From assembly GCA_043799545.1 (NCBI GenBank), contig JAZDNO010000029.1, forward strand, positions 1 to 64,000: a DNA stretch of 64,000 bases. The letters run 5' to 3'. Below, piece after piece: positions 1-9,364 of this stretch. Both the position numbers and the translations under genes were made by a program. Position 1 is the first letter of the stretch; each line of letters opens with the position of its first letter. Below the pieces are notes generated by a model that worked only from the letters and a program-made list of their open reading frames with translations, made no database searches and had not been told where the DNA came from. This stretch comes from Methanobacteriota archaeon. GTDB lineage: Archaea; Thermoplasmatota; Thermoplasmata; SG8-5; DAIRED01.

Positions 1-12
1 GAGAGGGTACGT

Positions 13-1005
13 CTAGGGGCGCTTGGCGAGCTTTTTAACATCGCTTGGCTTTACCACTCCGCGCTCTGTGATAAATGCCGTTATGTATCTGGCAGGCGTG
101 ACGTCGAACGCCGGGTTTCTCGCTCGGGCGCCTTTCGGGGCAACTCTGACTCCGCCGAGCTCCAGCACCTCCGATTCGGAGCGCTCTTCGATTGGAATCT
201 CATCTCCAGATTTTAAGCTGAAATCGAAGGTCGTCAAAGGCGCTGCGACGTAGAAAGGTATGCCGTTCTCCTTGGCCACGACCGCCTTTTCGTATGTGCC
301 TATCTTGTTCGCCGCGTCGCCGTTCAGGGTTATCCTGTCCGCGCCGGTGATTACTAATTCAATCTCCCCGTGCCGCATGAAGTGACCCGCGGCGTTGTCG
401 GCGATGACCGCATGCGGTATCCCCTCGTTCAGAAGCTCCCATGATGTCAGCGCCATTCCCTGGAGCCTCGGGCGAGTCTCGTCTGCGAACACGAAGATGT
501 TTCTCTTGGCGGCGTGCGCCGCCCTTATCGGGGCGAGCGCCGTGCCGAAGTCAACCGTCGCCAGCGCTCCGGCGTTGCAATGAGTCAGTATCTTCGCGCC
601 TTTGGGAATGAGTGGCAGGCCGAATTCGCCTATGCGCTTGCATGCGCTTGCAACTTCCGTGGCGTACCGCTCGGCTGCAGCGAAGGGGTCGCCCTTTGAC
701 GCCAGCATGTATTCTATCGCCCTGAAGAGGTCCCTCGCCGTTGGCCTGGTCTTCCGCAACCTCGCCGCTGCTTTATTCTTTCCCGCCTTCCAGCCGATGG
801 CCATTCCGTAAGCGGCGGCGGCGCCTATTGCGGGCGCCCCCCTCACGGTCATGTCCTCGATTGCCACGGCAACGGATTCAAGGGTCTTGCATCTGACGAG
901 CTTGAAGCTTCCCGGAAGAACGAGCTGGTCTATCATCACGAGGGTCTTGCCCTCCAGCCACAGCGCCCTCATCTGCCTGGCCTTTCCGTTGACGACGACG
1001 CGCAT
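13..1005 (-). CDS. mtnA: S-methyl-5-thioribose-1-phosphate isomerase (eIF2B-like family)
   Basis: Motifs VRGAPAIG, THCNAGALAT, ETRPRLQG, GADRI..NGDAANKIGTY, NPAFDVTP. ORF track start is 1032; the ATG at 1005 (MRVVVNG) is more plausible. Confidence 0.9.
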   Translation of the reverse strand: MRVVVNGKARQMRALWLEGKTLVMIDQLVLPGSFKLVRCKTLESVAVAIEDMTVRGAPAIGAAAAYGMAIGWKAGKNKAAARLRKTRPTARDLFRAIEYMLASKGDPFAAAERYATEVASACKRIGEFGLPLIPKGAKILTHCNAGALATVDFGTALAPIRAAHAAKRNIFVFADETRPRLQGMALTSWELLNEGIPHAVIADNAAGHFMRHGEIELVITGADRITLNGDAANKIGTYEKAVVAKENGIPFYVAAPLTTFDFSLKSGDEIPIEERSESEVLELGGVRVAPKGARARNPAFDVTPARYITAFITERGVVKPSDVKKLAKRP

Positions 1006-1080
1006 GGACGGGTGGATGCGGAGCGGATACAAAACCGTATTGCGAAAAGGATATATACCGAAGGGGGGAATGACCCCCCG

Positions 1081-2082
1081 ATGGAATGCGAGGGCGAGCT
1101 GGTTTCCGCCAGCGACATCGAGAAGTTCGGCTACTGCCCGCTGAGCTGGTGGCTCAGCAGGAACCTCCAGGACGACGAGGACAACGAGCCGTTAAAATCT
1201 GGGACGGCCCTCCACGAAGTGCTGGCCCAGGAGCTGGACGGCATCAGGCACCACGAAACCAAAGCCAGACAGTCGGAGACCATAATCATGTGGTTCGCTG
1301 TCGCCGCCAGCTTGATTTCCCTCCTGGGGTTAAACCTGATACTCGACTTGGGTAAAAGCATCGGAGAGATACTCGCGGTGCTCTCCCTCATTTGGCTGCT
1401 CGCCGCGGTGTTTTTCCTCTATCGCGCCGAGACGAAGGCCACGCCCGAGAATCACCTGACTTACCAGCGGATTGTCCTGGTCTTCGCGATAGTTTCCGTG
1501 GTCATCGCCTTGAACGCGGTCTCGGTTCTCGAACTGAGCGTGTTCTGGAGCCAGGTGCTGGAGATTTCAGCTCTCATGTGGCTCGTCGGGGCTTCCTATT
1601 TCCTGTACTGGTCCCTGCGCCACATGCAGGATTCAGCTCTCAAGCGCGACAAGCACAACGTCGTCGGAGAGATAGAATATCTCGATTTAAACGCCACAAA
1701 ACCCGAGATGCTCGTGTCTAAGGCCCATTGCATCAGGGGGCGGCCGGATTTGATTCTGCAGCAGGAGGGTGCTTCCATACCTGTCGAAATCAAGACGGGG
1801 CGGGTGCCGCGCGGGCCGCTCTTCTCGCACATTCTCCAAGTGGCCGCATACTGCGTCATACTTGAAGACATCAACGGCAAGCCCGCGACGCACGGATTGC
1901 TTCGCTACGGCTCCGTCGAGCACGAGGTGGAGTACACTCCCGACCTGAAGAAACTGGTGCTGGAGAAGGCTGCGAGCATCAGGGCGGCCAGGAAGGCCGG
2001 CGGCGCGCACAGGAACCACAACCGCCCGAGCAAGTGCAAGGGATGCTCGAGGAGGGCGGCTTGCCCGGAGAAGCTGGAGTGA
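1081..2082 (+). CDS. Solo Cas4/Dna2-like PD-(D/E)xK nuclease with 4Fe-4S cysteines and ~4 inserted transmembrane helices
   Basis: N-terminal SASDIEKFGYCP, catalytic GRPD...EIKTG, QVAAY motif, C-terminal CKGCSRRAAC. A long hydrophobic block lies between the first Cys and the nuclease core. Start inferred at ATG 1081. Confidence 0.8.
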   Translation: MECEGELVSASDIEKFGYCPLSWWLSRNLQDDEDNEPLKSGTALHEVLAQELDGIRHHETKARQSETIIMWFAVAASLISLLGLNLILDLGKSIGEILAVLSLIWLLAAVFFLYRAETKATPENHLTYQRIVLVFAIVSVVIALNAVSVLELSVFWSQVLEISALMWLVGASYFLYWSLRHMQDSALKRDKHNVVGEIEYLDLNATKPEMLVSKAHCIRGRPDLILQQEGASIPVEIKTGRVPRGPLFSHILQVAAYCVILEDINGKPATHGLLRYGSVEHEVEYTPDLKKLVLEKAASIRAARKAGGAHRNHNRPSKCKGCSRRAACPEKLE

Positions 2083-2148
2083 ACTCGAAAACGTTGTTGG
2101 TCTGAATGCGCGAATGGATGTTTGTGAAGGGCTAGATATACGCAATCT

Positions 2149-5100
2149 TCATAGCAAACTGCTCAGCTGCTCCTTCATCCTCTCCAGGTACGCCTTGCGC
2201 TCCTCCAGCATCTTCTCCTTCTTCGCCAGCGCGGCCTCCTTGTCCTTCAGCTCCTTTTCCAGCTCGGCGACCTTCTTCTGCGCGTCCAGCGAGCCCTTCT
2301 CCGTCTTGCGTATCTCCTTCTCCTTGGCGTTGAGCTCCTTCTCCAGGGCGGCGAGCTTCTTCCCGTTCGCCTCCAGCTCCGCCTTCTCCTTCTGCACGGC
2401 AGACTGGACCTGGGCCTTGATTATCATCTCGGCGTCGGCAGCCTTCGCCGCCTCGGACTCGACCTGCTTCCAGACGTCCGCGACCTCCTTCTTCTCTGCG
2501 ACCAGCGATTCGTACTCTGAATTGAGATGCTCCGCCTTTGAGCGAAGCTCGTCCTCCATCTTTTGCAGCGATTCGTGCTTCACCGCGTGCTCTCGCTCGG
2601 ATTTATCCAGCGCCTCCTCCTTCACCTTCAGGCGCTCCTCCAGGTCCTTTTTGACCGCGTCGAGCTTCTCGCGCTCCTCCTGCAGCAGACGCAAGGTCTC
2701 CTCGCTGCGCTTCTGCTCCGCCCCCTTGGCGTACTTCATGAGCGAAAGCGCGGACTGCTTCATCTCGTTCAGCTCGCCGCGCTCCGACTTGAGCATGTCG
2801 CGCTCGGCGTTGCGCTTGTCCATCTCCTCGGCCATCAGACGCTGGAGCCTGTTCAGCTCGGCCTCGCGCTCGCGCAGTCCCTTCTCGGACTTGTCCAGCG
2901 CCTTCTCGCGCTTCGGCAGGTCGCCCTTGAGCGCGTCCAGCGACGCTCGCTCCTCCTTCATCGATTCGAACTTTGACTGCAATTCCTGCTCCATGGCGTT
3001 GAGGTCGCTCTCGCGTGTCGTCAGCTCCTGGTCCCTGCGCATCAGAATCTCCCCGCGCAGCTTCTGCTCCTCGACCTCCTTTGCCATGTTCTCTATGTTG
3101 GAGTTCATCTCCTTCTCGCGCTCGTCCAGCTCGTCCGCCCGGTAGCGGAGCTCCTTCTCATGGTCCTTCAGCTGGACGTCCCGCTCCTTGAGCGATTTGC
3201 GCTCTTCCTCGAGCGCTTCCTCTGCGTCTGAAAGCTTCTTGCCGCGGCTCTCCAGGCGCTTCGACTCCTTGCCTATGTTGCGCCAGACCTTGTCCGTCTC
3301 GTCCTTCTCCACTATCAGCCTCGCGCTCTCGTCCTTGAGGTCCTTCTCCTTCGCCCGCAGCTCGGCCTCCCACTTCTCGAACGTTCCCTTGGTGGCGTTG
3401 ACCTTCTTCTCCAGAGCCTTCGCGTCCTTCTCGCGGGAATCGAGCTCGCCTTCGCGGGCGTCCAGTTCAGCGGAGCGTTTCACGAGGCCCTTCTCGATGC
3501 TTTCTATCTCCCCCTCGCGCGTGTCCAGTTCTTCCCTTAGCGCTGAAAGCTCCTCGGAGGTCTTCTCCAGGTCTCCCTCGCGCTTGAGCGTGTCCTTGCG
3601 CTTGGCCTCGACGGCCGCGCGCTCCTTGTCCAGGGCGGATTCGCGCTCGTCCAGGTCCAATTCCTTGACGTGCAGGTCCGCGAGGGTCGTGTCGCATTTC
3701 TCCTCGTACTCCGCTTTCTGCGCTTCGAATTCCTTGAGCTTCGACTTCAGCTCCTGCTCCCTGTTCAAGAGCTTGTCATCAAGCTCGGAAGCCCTGGTCT
3801 CCTGCTCGTCGAGAGATTCCGCGCGCTCGTCAAGCTCTGCGTCCAGCTCTACGAGGCCGCGCTCCTTGCCCTCGACAGCGGTCTCCCGCGCGTCTAACGC
3901 GGCCTGCCTCTCCTCAAGGGTGGCTTGAAGCGCCGCGACCTTCTCGGACTCCTTGGCCAGGTCCTTCTCCCTCTTCCGCAGGGACTTGTCGTCGTCGCGC
4001 AGGAAGCCGTCCCGCTCGTCAAGTTCCTCCTCCCGCGCCTCGATCTCCGATGTTCGCGCGACCAGCGCCTCCTCGCCCTTTGCTATCTCCTTTTCGCGCT
4101 TCTTGAGCTCCGATGAATCAGACTTGAACTTCGCCTCCCGCTCGTCCAGCTTCTTCTCCTGGCGCTCCATTGAGGTTCGAAGGTCTTCCAGCTTCTTCTC
4201 CCCTCTCTCCACGGCGCGCTCCCGGTTCTTCGACGCGGCCTCAGAAGCCTTCAGGGCTTCCTCCCGCCCAGCAAGGTCGTTCTCCAGCTCTCCGAGCCTT
4301 GTCTCGGAATCCATCAGCTTCTTCTCGGCCTCGGAAAGTTTCGCCTTGCGTTCGTCAAGGGTCTTCGCCTCGACAGCCAGCTCCTCCCTCCTCTGGAGCA
4401 TGTCGGCTTCCTTCTCGCCAATCTCTCCCTGGGTCATCTTGATGCCCTGGCGCATCTTCTCCAGGTCTTCCTGCTGCGAGTCCAGCTCCGCGCTCAACTT
4501 CGATAGGGCGTCTTCCCTGGCCTTCAGCTCTTCATTCTGGGCGGCGGTCGCCTTCTCCAGGTCCTTCTCGCGCTTGGACAGCGACTTCTCCGCATTTCTG
4601 AACTCCGCCTCGCGTCCGCGCAGCTCTGCGTCCGCCTCGTCGAGCTTCTTCGAGCGCTCGTCCTGCTCCGCCTCCGACGCTTTGATGGCCTCCTGGCGTT
4701 TGGTGAACTCCTCGAAGCCGCCCTCCATCTCCTTCTTGACGCGCTCCGCCTCCTTCTCGCTTTCCGCAACCTTCTTGTCGCGGGCGTCCAGCTCGGCCAG
4801 CCTGTCCTCGCATTCCTTCCTGAGCTTCTCCGCGGATTTCTCCGACTTGTCCAGTTCCGAGCGGCGCTTCTTACTCTCGGCATCGGCAGCCTTGTCGCGC
4901 TCGTCCAGCTCCGCCTCGCGCTTCGCGATTCCCTTTTGAAGCTTCTCCTGCTCCTTCTCCCTTGAATCGGATTCCTTCTCACGCCTGATGAGTCCCTCTT
5001 CGAGCTTGCGAAGCTCCGATTCTCTAGCTTCCAGATGCTTCATGGTTTCGCTGGCGCCCTTCTGGCGTGTTTCATAAGCCTCTGAATCTGATTTTAGCTT

Positions 5101-6150
5101 CTCCTGGGCGTCCTTGAGCCACGATTCGCGCTCCCCGATGTCTTCCAGCAGCTTCCTCTCCTTGGATTCGTAGTCTTCAGCAGCTTTTTTCGCCTTAGAT
5201 TCCGCTTCCTCGCGCCCGCGCTTCTCCTCCGCCAGGCCATTCTCGATTTCCTTTTCCCTGGCAGCCAGCTCATCCCTCAGCCTCTTCTCCTTGGCGGAAT
5301 AATCCTTGGCCGTGCTGTCGCTTCCAGCTTCCAGCTCTTTGACCTTGGCCTGGAATCCCTCGTTCTCTTTTTCCAGTTTCTTGAGCCTGGCATCGAGCTT
5401 GCCGTTCTCCGATTCGAGCTCCTTCGCTTTCCGCTCGGTCGAATCGACAAGCTTCTGCACTGCCTTCGCCCGCTCCTCGAACGGTTTCCCACGTGAATCT
5501 GGAACGAGCGTGTCAAGCGTTGTCCCCACAGACTCCAGGGTTGTCTTGCCTTCGTTGATGGCCCGCAGGCTTTCCTCCTTCATGGAGGCTAGCTCCTTCT
5601 CCAGCTTGTCCACGCCCGCTTTCTTCTCTTGCAGCAGCATCAGCTTGTTGGGCAATCCCTTGCCTTCGGGAACAATCGCAGCGACCTGTTTCTCTATGTC
5701 CGCCAGTGTCTTCTTGGCTATTTCCAGCTCGCCAGCCGACTTCTCGTATTTGGCGCGGAGACCGGCCATCTCGGATTCCAGCATGGCGACCTTCTTCTCG
5801 AGCTGCTCGGCTATGAAATTCGCCTTTTCAGCATCCTGGTCGGTTTCATCGCTTTTCTCTGGGCTCTCGGAAGGCTTTTGCGCCGTGTCTTCCCGACTCC
5901 CTGGAGCAATCTCCTCCGATTCCCCGGCTGAAATCTCAGTAACCGCCGGGGGCTCATCCTGGATTGTGATGAGCATCTCGCTCACAATTTCATCGGATAT
6001 CTGCTCGTCAGCGGGCGTATCATGGGCGGGCTCGGTTTCCATCTGGATTTCTGGGGCGCGGGGTGTAACCGATTCGGGCGCTGGCTGTGGCTGTTCTGCC
6101 GGCTGCGCCGGTTCCTCCAGAGCCTTCTTCGCCTTGTCCCTCAGACCCAA
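2149..6150 (-). CDS. Very long coiled-coil protein (1333 aa) with acidic/Pro-rich N-terminus
   Basis: About 1200 aa of E/K/R/L/A-rich heptads (REAELDE, REKDLEK-type), almost no Pro in the rod. TTG start 2 nt after the upstream stop, preceded by GGGGAGGG. Confidence 0.8.
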   Translation of the reverse strand: MGLRDKAKKALEEPAQPAEQPQPAPESVTPRAPEIQMETEPAHDTPADEQISDEIVSEMLITIQDEPPAVTEISAGESEEIAPGSREDTAQKPSESPEKSDETDQDAEKANFIAEQLEKKVAMLESEMAGLRAKYEKSAGELEIAKKTLADIEKQVAAIVPEGKGLPNKLMLLQEKKAGVDKLEKELASMKEESLRAINEGKTTLESVGTTLDTLVPDSRGKPFEERAKAVQKLVDSTERKAKELESENGKLDARLKKLEKENEGFQAKVKELEAGSDSTAKDYSAKEKRLRDELAAREKEIENGLAEEKRGREEAESKAKKAAEDYESKERKLLEDIGERESWLKDAQEKLKSDSEAYETRQKGASETMKHLEARESELRKLEEGLIRREKESDSREKEQEKLQKGIAKREAELDERDKAADAESKKRRSELDKSEKSAEKLRKECEDRLAELDARDKKVAESEKEAERVKKEMEGGFEEFTKRQEAIKASEAEQDERSKKLDEADAELRGREAEFRNAEKSLSKREKDLEKATAAQNEELKAREDALSKLSAELDSQQEDLEKMRQGIKMTQGEIGEKEADMLQRREELAVEAKTLDERKAKLSEAEKKLMDSETRLGELENDLAGREEALKASEAASKNRERAVERGEKKLEDLRTSMERQEKKLDEREAKFKSDSSELKKREKEIAKGEEALVARTSEIEAREEELDERDGFLRDDDKSLRKREKDLAKESEKVAALQATLEERQAALDARETAVEGKERGLVELDAELDERAESLDEQETRASELDDKLLNREQELKSKLKEFEAQKAEYEEKCDTTLADLHVKELDLDERESALDKERAAVEAKRKDTLKREGDLEKTSEELSALREELDTREGEIESIEKGLVKRSAELDAREGELDSREKDAKALEKKVNATKGTFEKWEAELRAKEKDLKDESARLIVEKDETDKVWRNIGKESKRLESRGKKLSDAEEALEEERKSLKERDVQLKDHEKELRYRADELDEREKEMNSNIENMAKEVEEQKLRGEILMRRDQELTTRESDLNAMEQELQSKFESMKEERASLDALKGDLPKREKALDKSEKGLREREAELNRLQRLMAEEMDKRNAERDMLKSERGELNEMKQSALSLMKYAKGAEQKRSEETLRLLQEEREKLDAVKKDLEERLKVKEEALDKSEREHAVKHESLQKMEDELRSKAEHLNSEYESLVAEKKEVADVWKQVESEAAKAADAEMIIKAQVQSAVQKEKAELEANGKKLAALEKELNAKEKEIRKTEKGSLDAQKKVAELEKELKDKEAALAKKEKMLEERKAYLERMKEQLSSLL

Positions 6151-6152
6151 GC

Positions 6153-7607
6153 CTAACCCTCCCCTAGGTATCTGTCCATTATCTTCTGGTAGAGCTTGAA
6201 CTCACCTGACTTCGCGAACGCGTCGATGGCGTCGTCCGGGAGCTTGCCCAGTAAATCATCCACGACCTTTAAAACTTTCTTAAGGTCATCGTCGAACTCC
6301 TTCGCGGCCTTTTCCGCCTCCTGGACAACGATTTTTTCATTCTCCAGCTGCAAAATCTTCTCCTCGAGTCCAGCTATCTTCGCATCGAGTTCAGCGGTCT
6401 GGACCGGTTCCGGAGGAGCGGCGGCGCCTGTCGGTTCGGCGGCATTCTGGCCATCAGGCGTATCCTGGCCAGGTTCGAGCGAGCCGCGAATCCCGATGAG
6501 TTCGCTCTGAATGCGCTTCTGCTCGGCGAACCAGTCCTCCCGAGCCTTCTTGGATTTCTTGAAGACGTCCTCGACCTCGTTCGGGTCTATTATCCATTTG
6601 CCGTAGCTGTCCGGGGCCAGCGCCGGAGCCGCTCCACCCGCCGGCAAGGAACTACGCTGCGCCTTCAGCTCCTCGAGCTGGCGCTTGACCTCGTTCTCCC
6701 GGGCCTCCAGCGTCCTCTCGCGCTCGGCCAGCCGTTCGAGCCGCGCCGCAGCCTCCTTCTCCTGGATGTGGAGCATCGCCTCTTTCTTCTCCATCCTGCG
6801 CTTCTCGTCCTCCCTGCGCTCCATCTCCATCTTGAAGGCGTCGAGCCGCTCCTTGAGGTTGGCCTCTTTCGCCTCCAGTTCCCGCTTGTGGCCCGCCAGG
6901 AGCTTTTTATATGTCTCGTCGATGCTGTTGAGTCCGTTCTCGAGCTTCTCTATCTCGTTCTTTTCGGTCTCCAGCAGGGCGCGCTTGCGCTCGAGCCGTT
7001 CGCGCTTCGAGACCGCCTTGGGGTCCTGCCTGGAGTTGAGCTCTTCAAGTTCCCTCGCTATTTCAACCAGTTCGGCCTCCGCCTCCTTTATGCTCGCCTG
7101 GCGCGCCTTTATGGCAGCTTCCAGGGGTTCGGCTATCGAGAGGATGCTCTCTTCACGGACTTCGAGGTCCTTCTTCTCCATGGCGGTTTTCTCTATCTGG
7201 ATGATCGTCTCCTTCTGCATCGTGGTCGGTTCTTTTGAGCCCAGGACGGTCTTTATCACGCTGTGCGCCTGCTCCTTCTCGACCACATCCTCTTCAGTCT
7301 CCTCCTCTTCCTCCTTCGTCTGCATCTTCTTTCCCCATTCCAGCAGGCGCTTGAGGAACTCCTCGTCCTCGGTGGTTTTCTCAACCACTGGCTTCTTCAT
7401 GGCTTTGAAGCGAAGGCCGCAGTTCGAACACTCGTTCGAGAAACGCTTCAGGACGGCGCTGCAGTACGGGCATACCATCGCCTCTAGGTCGCCTTCCATG
7501 GATTCGCTGCACTGCGGGCAGGCGGACGACTCTGGCTCCAGCAATGCTGCGCAGCTTGAGCAGACGATTTTCCCGTCCTTGACGTGCGCGCGTAGAGCCA
7601 TGTTCAC
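6153..7607 (-). CDS. Zinc-ribbon (4x CxxC) plus coiled-coil protein with small helical C-terminal domain
   Basis: CSSC, CPQC, CPYC, CSNC at the N-terminus; central coiled coil; C-terminal VDDLLGKLPDDAIDAFAKSGEFKLYQKIM. Confidence 0.8.
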   Translation of the reverse strand: MNMALRAHVKDGKIVCSSCAALLEPESSACPQCSESMEGDLEAMVCPYCSAVLKRFSNECSNCGLRFKAMKKPVVEKTTEDEEFLKRLLEWGKKMQTKEEEEETEEDVVEKEQAHSVIKTVLGSKEPTTMQKETIIQIEKTAMEKKDLEVREESILSIAEPLEAAIKARQASIKEAEAELVEIARELEELNSRQDPKAVSKRERLERKRALLETEKNEIEKLENGLNSIDETYKKLLAGHKRELEAKEANLKERLDAFKMEMERREDEKRRMEKKEAMLHIQEKEAAARLERLAERERTLEARENEVKRQLEELKAQRSSLPAGGAAPALAPDSYGKWIIDPNEVEDVFKKSKKAREDWFAEQKRIQSELIGIRGSLEPGQDTPDGQNAAEPTGAAAPPEPVQTAELDAKIAGLEEKILQLENEKIVVQEAEKAAKEFDDDLKKVLKVVDDLLGKLPDDAIDAFAKSGEFKLYQKIMDRYLGEG

Positions 7608-7769
7608 CCCCTGCAGCTAAATTTGAATTGGCCGCGGCTTCGCGAAGACCACATTGCCTCAAACAAAGCCGATAATACCACGAAAATGTATCGGCCCTCA
7701 CATATATATAAGTTATTAATTCGCGCGTTTGTTAAAAGGGCGATGCTGGCTTTCTGCAATCGCAGATTG

Positions 7770-7944
7770 TCCGACCTTTTCCCATTTTTCCAGCTTTTCT
7801 ACGCTGGCCAAACACCCTTTTTCCTGTCTCGCTGCGCCGGATCGGCCTGCGAGGAAAAAGTTTGTCATCCAAAAAGTCTCGGCCAACCCTGCTCGCTCGA
7901 CCTTCATCCGACCTTTTCCCATTTTTCCAGCTTTTCTACGCTGG
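7770..7944. repeat. 38-bp exact direct repeat (7770-7807 and 7907-7944) enclosing a 99-bp hairpin-rich spacer
   Basis: tccgaccttttcccatttttccagcttttctacgctgg occurs twice. The second copy is the last codons of hxlA. Confidence 0.9.
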
Positions 7945-9202
7945 ACAATGTGCCGCCGCGCTTTATCTCCTCGCGGAGGCGGTTTTCCCTCTCCGCAACG
8001 TCCAGAGCCCTGTTGGCGGTCTCCCTCGCGTCCTCCTGCGGAACGACGACGACGCCGCTCTCGTCCCCGATTATCCAGTCGCCCGTCCGCACGCGCGCTC
8101 CACCGCAGGTTATCTCGCCGCCTATCTCCCCGTGGCCCTTGGGCTCCCCGGCGTTGGGTGAAACGTGCCTGCAGAATACCGGAAAATCCATCTCGAGTAT
8201 CGAGTCGAGGTCCCTTGCCGCGCCGTCTATCACGACCGCCTCGACTCCCCTGGTCTTGCAGCTCCAGGATGCCAGCTCGCCCCAGATTGCTGTGTGGCTG
8301 CCTCCCGCATCTATGACTATGACCTCCCCGGGGCCTGCTCGGTCTATTGCCTCCACTGGCTTGGCCCAATCCCCGTCGATGGTGCGCACGGTCAGGGCTT
8401 TGCCGACGACCTTGCGGTTGCGCTTGACCCGAGGGATTATGCCGTTCATGGCGCCCTTCCTGTGCATTGCGTCGGATATGTTGGGCGTTGACGCCTTGAG
8501 AAAAGCTTCGCGCAGCTCGTGCTGGCCGTACTTCCTAAAAAGGTCGGAGCGCACGGACTTGCGCCCCTCCATCGCAGACTTGATTACCCTTGTCTGCGCG
8601 GCCACGTCTTCCGACTTGATTATCGCTCCGCCGACTATGATTATGCTCGCACCCAATTCCAGCATCTCGGCGACCGTCTCGCTGTTGAGCCCGCCAGCGA
8701 CCGCGACTGGGATTTCCGCCACTTCGGCGATTTTAGCCAGCTCCTCCCTCGGGCTGCGCCCCACCATCTGGCTGTCGATTCCGACGTGGATGCACAGGAA
8801 GTCGACGCCGAACCTCTGGAGTTCCAGCGCCCTCGCAGCCTTATCAGCCACTCCCAGCATGTCGGCCATTATCTTCGAACCGTACTGCCTCGCGGCCTTG
8901 ACAGCCTCGGTGATTGTCGGGTCGTCCGAGATTCCCAGGACGCAGACCACGTCCGCCCCGGCTTTCGCGGCGATTTCGACCTCGAATCCGCCCACGTCGA
9001 CGGTTTTCATGTCGGCGACGATTGTGTGGCCCGGGAATGCCCTTTTGAGCTGGCGGACGATCTCCATCCCCTCGCTCTTTATCAGCGGAGTCCCCGCCTC
9101 AATCCAGTCAGCGCCGCCTTCCACAGCCTCCTTCGCCATCTGGAGCGCCCTGTGGGCGTTCATCATGTCCAGGGCAATCTGAAGAACTGGCTTTTGCAAC
9201 AT
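7904..9202 (-). CDS. hxlA: Bifunctional 3-hexulose-6-phosphate synthase / RraA-like (MenG-like) domain fusion
   Basis: LQIALD, WIEAGTPLIK, ADMKTVDVGGFE in the N-terminal half; TPNISDAM, AIWGELAS, IDGAARD, GDWIIGDESGVVVVP in the C-terminal half. Confidence 0.9.
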   Translation of the reverse strand: MLQKPVLQIALDMMNAHRALQMAKEAVEGGADWIEAGTPLIKSEGMEIVRQLKRAFPGHTIVADMKTVDVGGFEVEIAAKAGADVVCVLGISDDPTITEAVKAARQYGSKIMADMLGVADKAARALELQRFGVDFLCIHVGIDSQMVGRSPREELAKIAEVAEIPVAVAGGLNSETVAEMLELGASIIIVGGAIIKSEDVAAQTRVIKSAMEGRKSVRSDLFRKYGQHELREAFLKASTPNISDAMHRKGAMNGIIPRVKRNRKVVGKALTVRTIDGDWAKPVEAIDRAGPGEVIVIDAGGSHTAIWGELASWSCKTRGVEAVVIDGAARDLDSILEMDFPVFCRHVSPNAGEPKGHGEIGGEITCGGARVRTGDWIIGDESGVVVVPQEDARETANRALDVAERENRLREEIKRGGTLSSVEKLEKWEKVG

Positions 9203-9364
9203 CAGACTGTGAAGTGGCGGCGGTGGATAAAAAGGTATCTAAGCGTAGTGGCATTCATCGAGCAAGCATCGGTCGAACCGAGCTGGCGAGGTCCGACTTT
9301 CTTTCCACCCAGAGCTTTCTTTGGAAGGACCGAACCAGCGAGGTGAGACCTAAAGAAAGGGCTG

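Noticed and set aside
1081-2082. CRISPR-Cas locus suggested by the Cas4-like gene
   Set aside because: No cas1/cas2 or effector genes and no repeat-spacer array anywhere in the window.
2114-7620. Long plus-strand Ser/Phe/Arg-rich ORFs (e.g. 2114..3145, 3953..4939, 6685..7620)
   Set aside because: Antisense shadows of the E/K-rich coiled-coil genes; no independent motifs.
7770-7944. Mini CRISPR array (38-bp repeat twice)
   Set aside because: Only two copies, a 99-bp spacer, and one copy is coding sequence of hxlA.
7623-9182. 519-aa plus-strand ORF opposite hxlA, and many similar overlapping ORFs across the GC-rich backbone
   Set aside because: Expected from stop-codon scarcity at high GC; the opposite strand has clear conserved genes.
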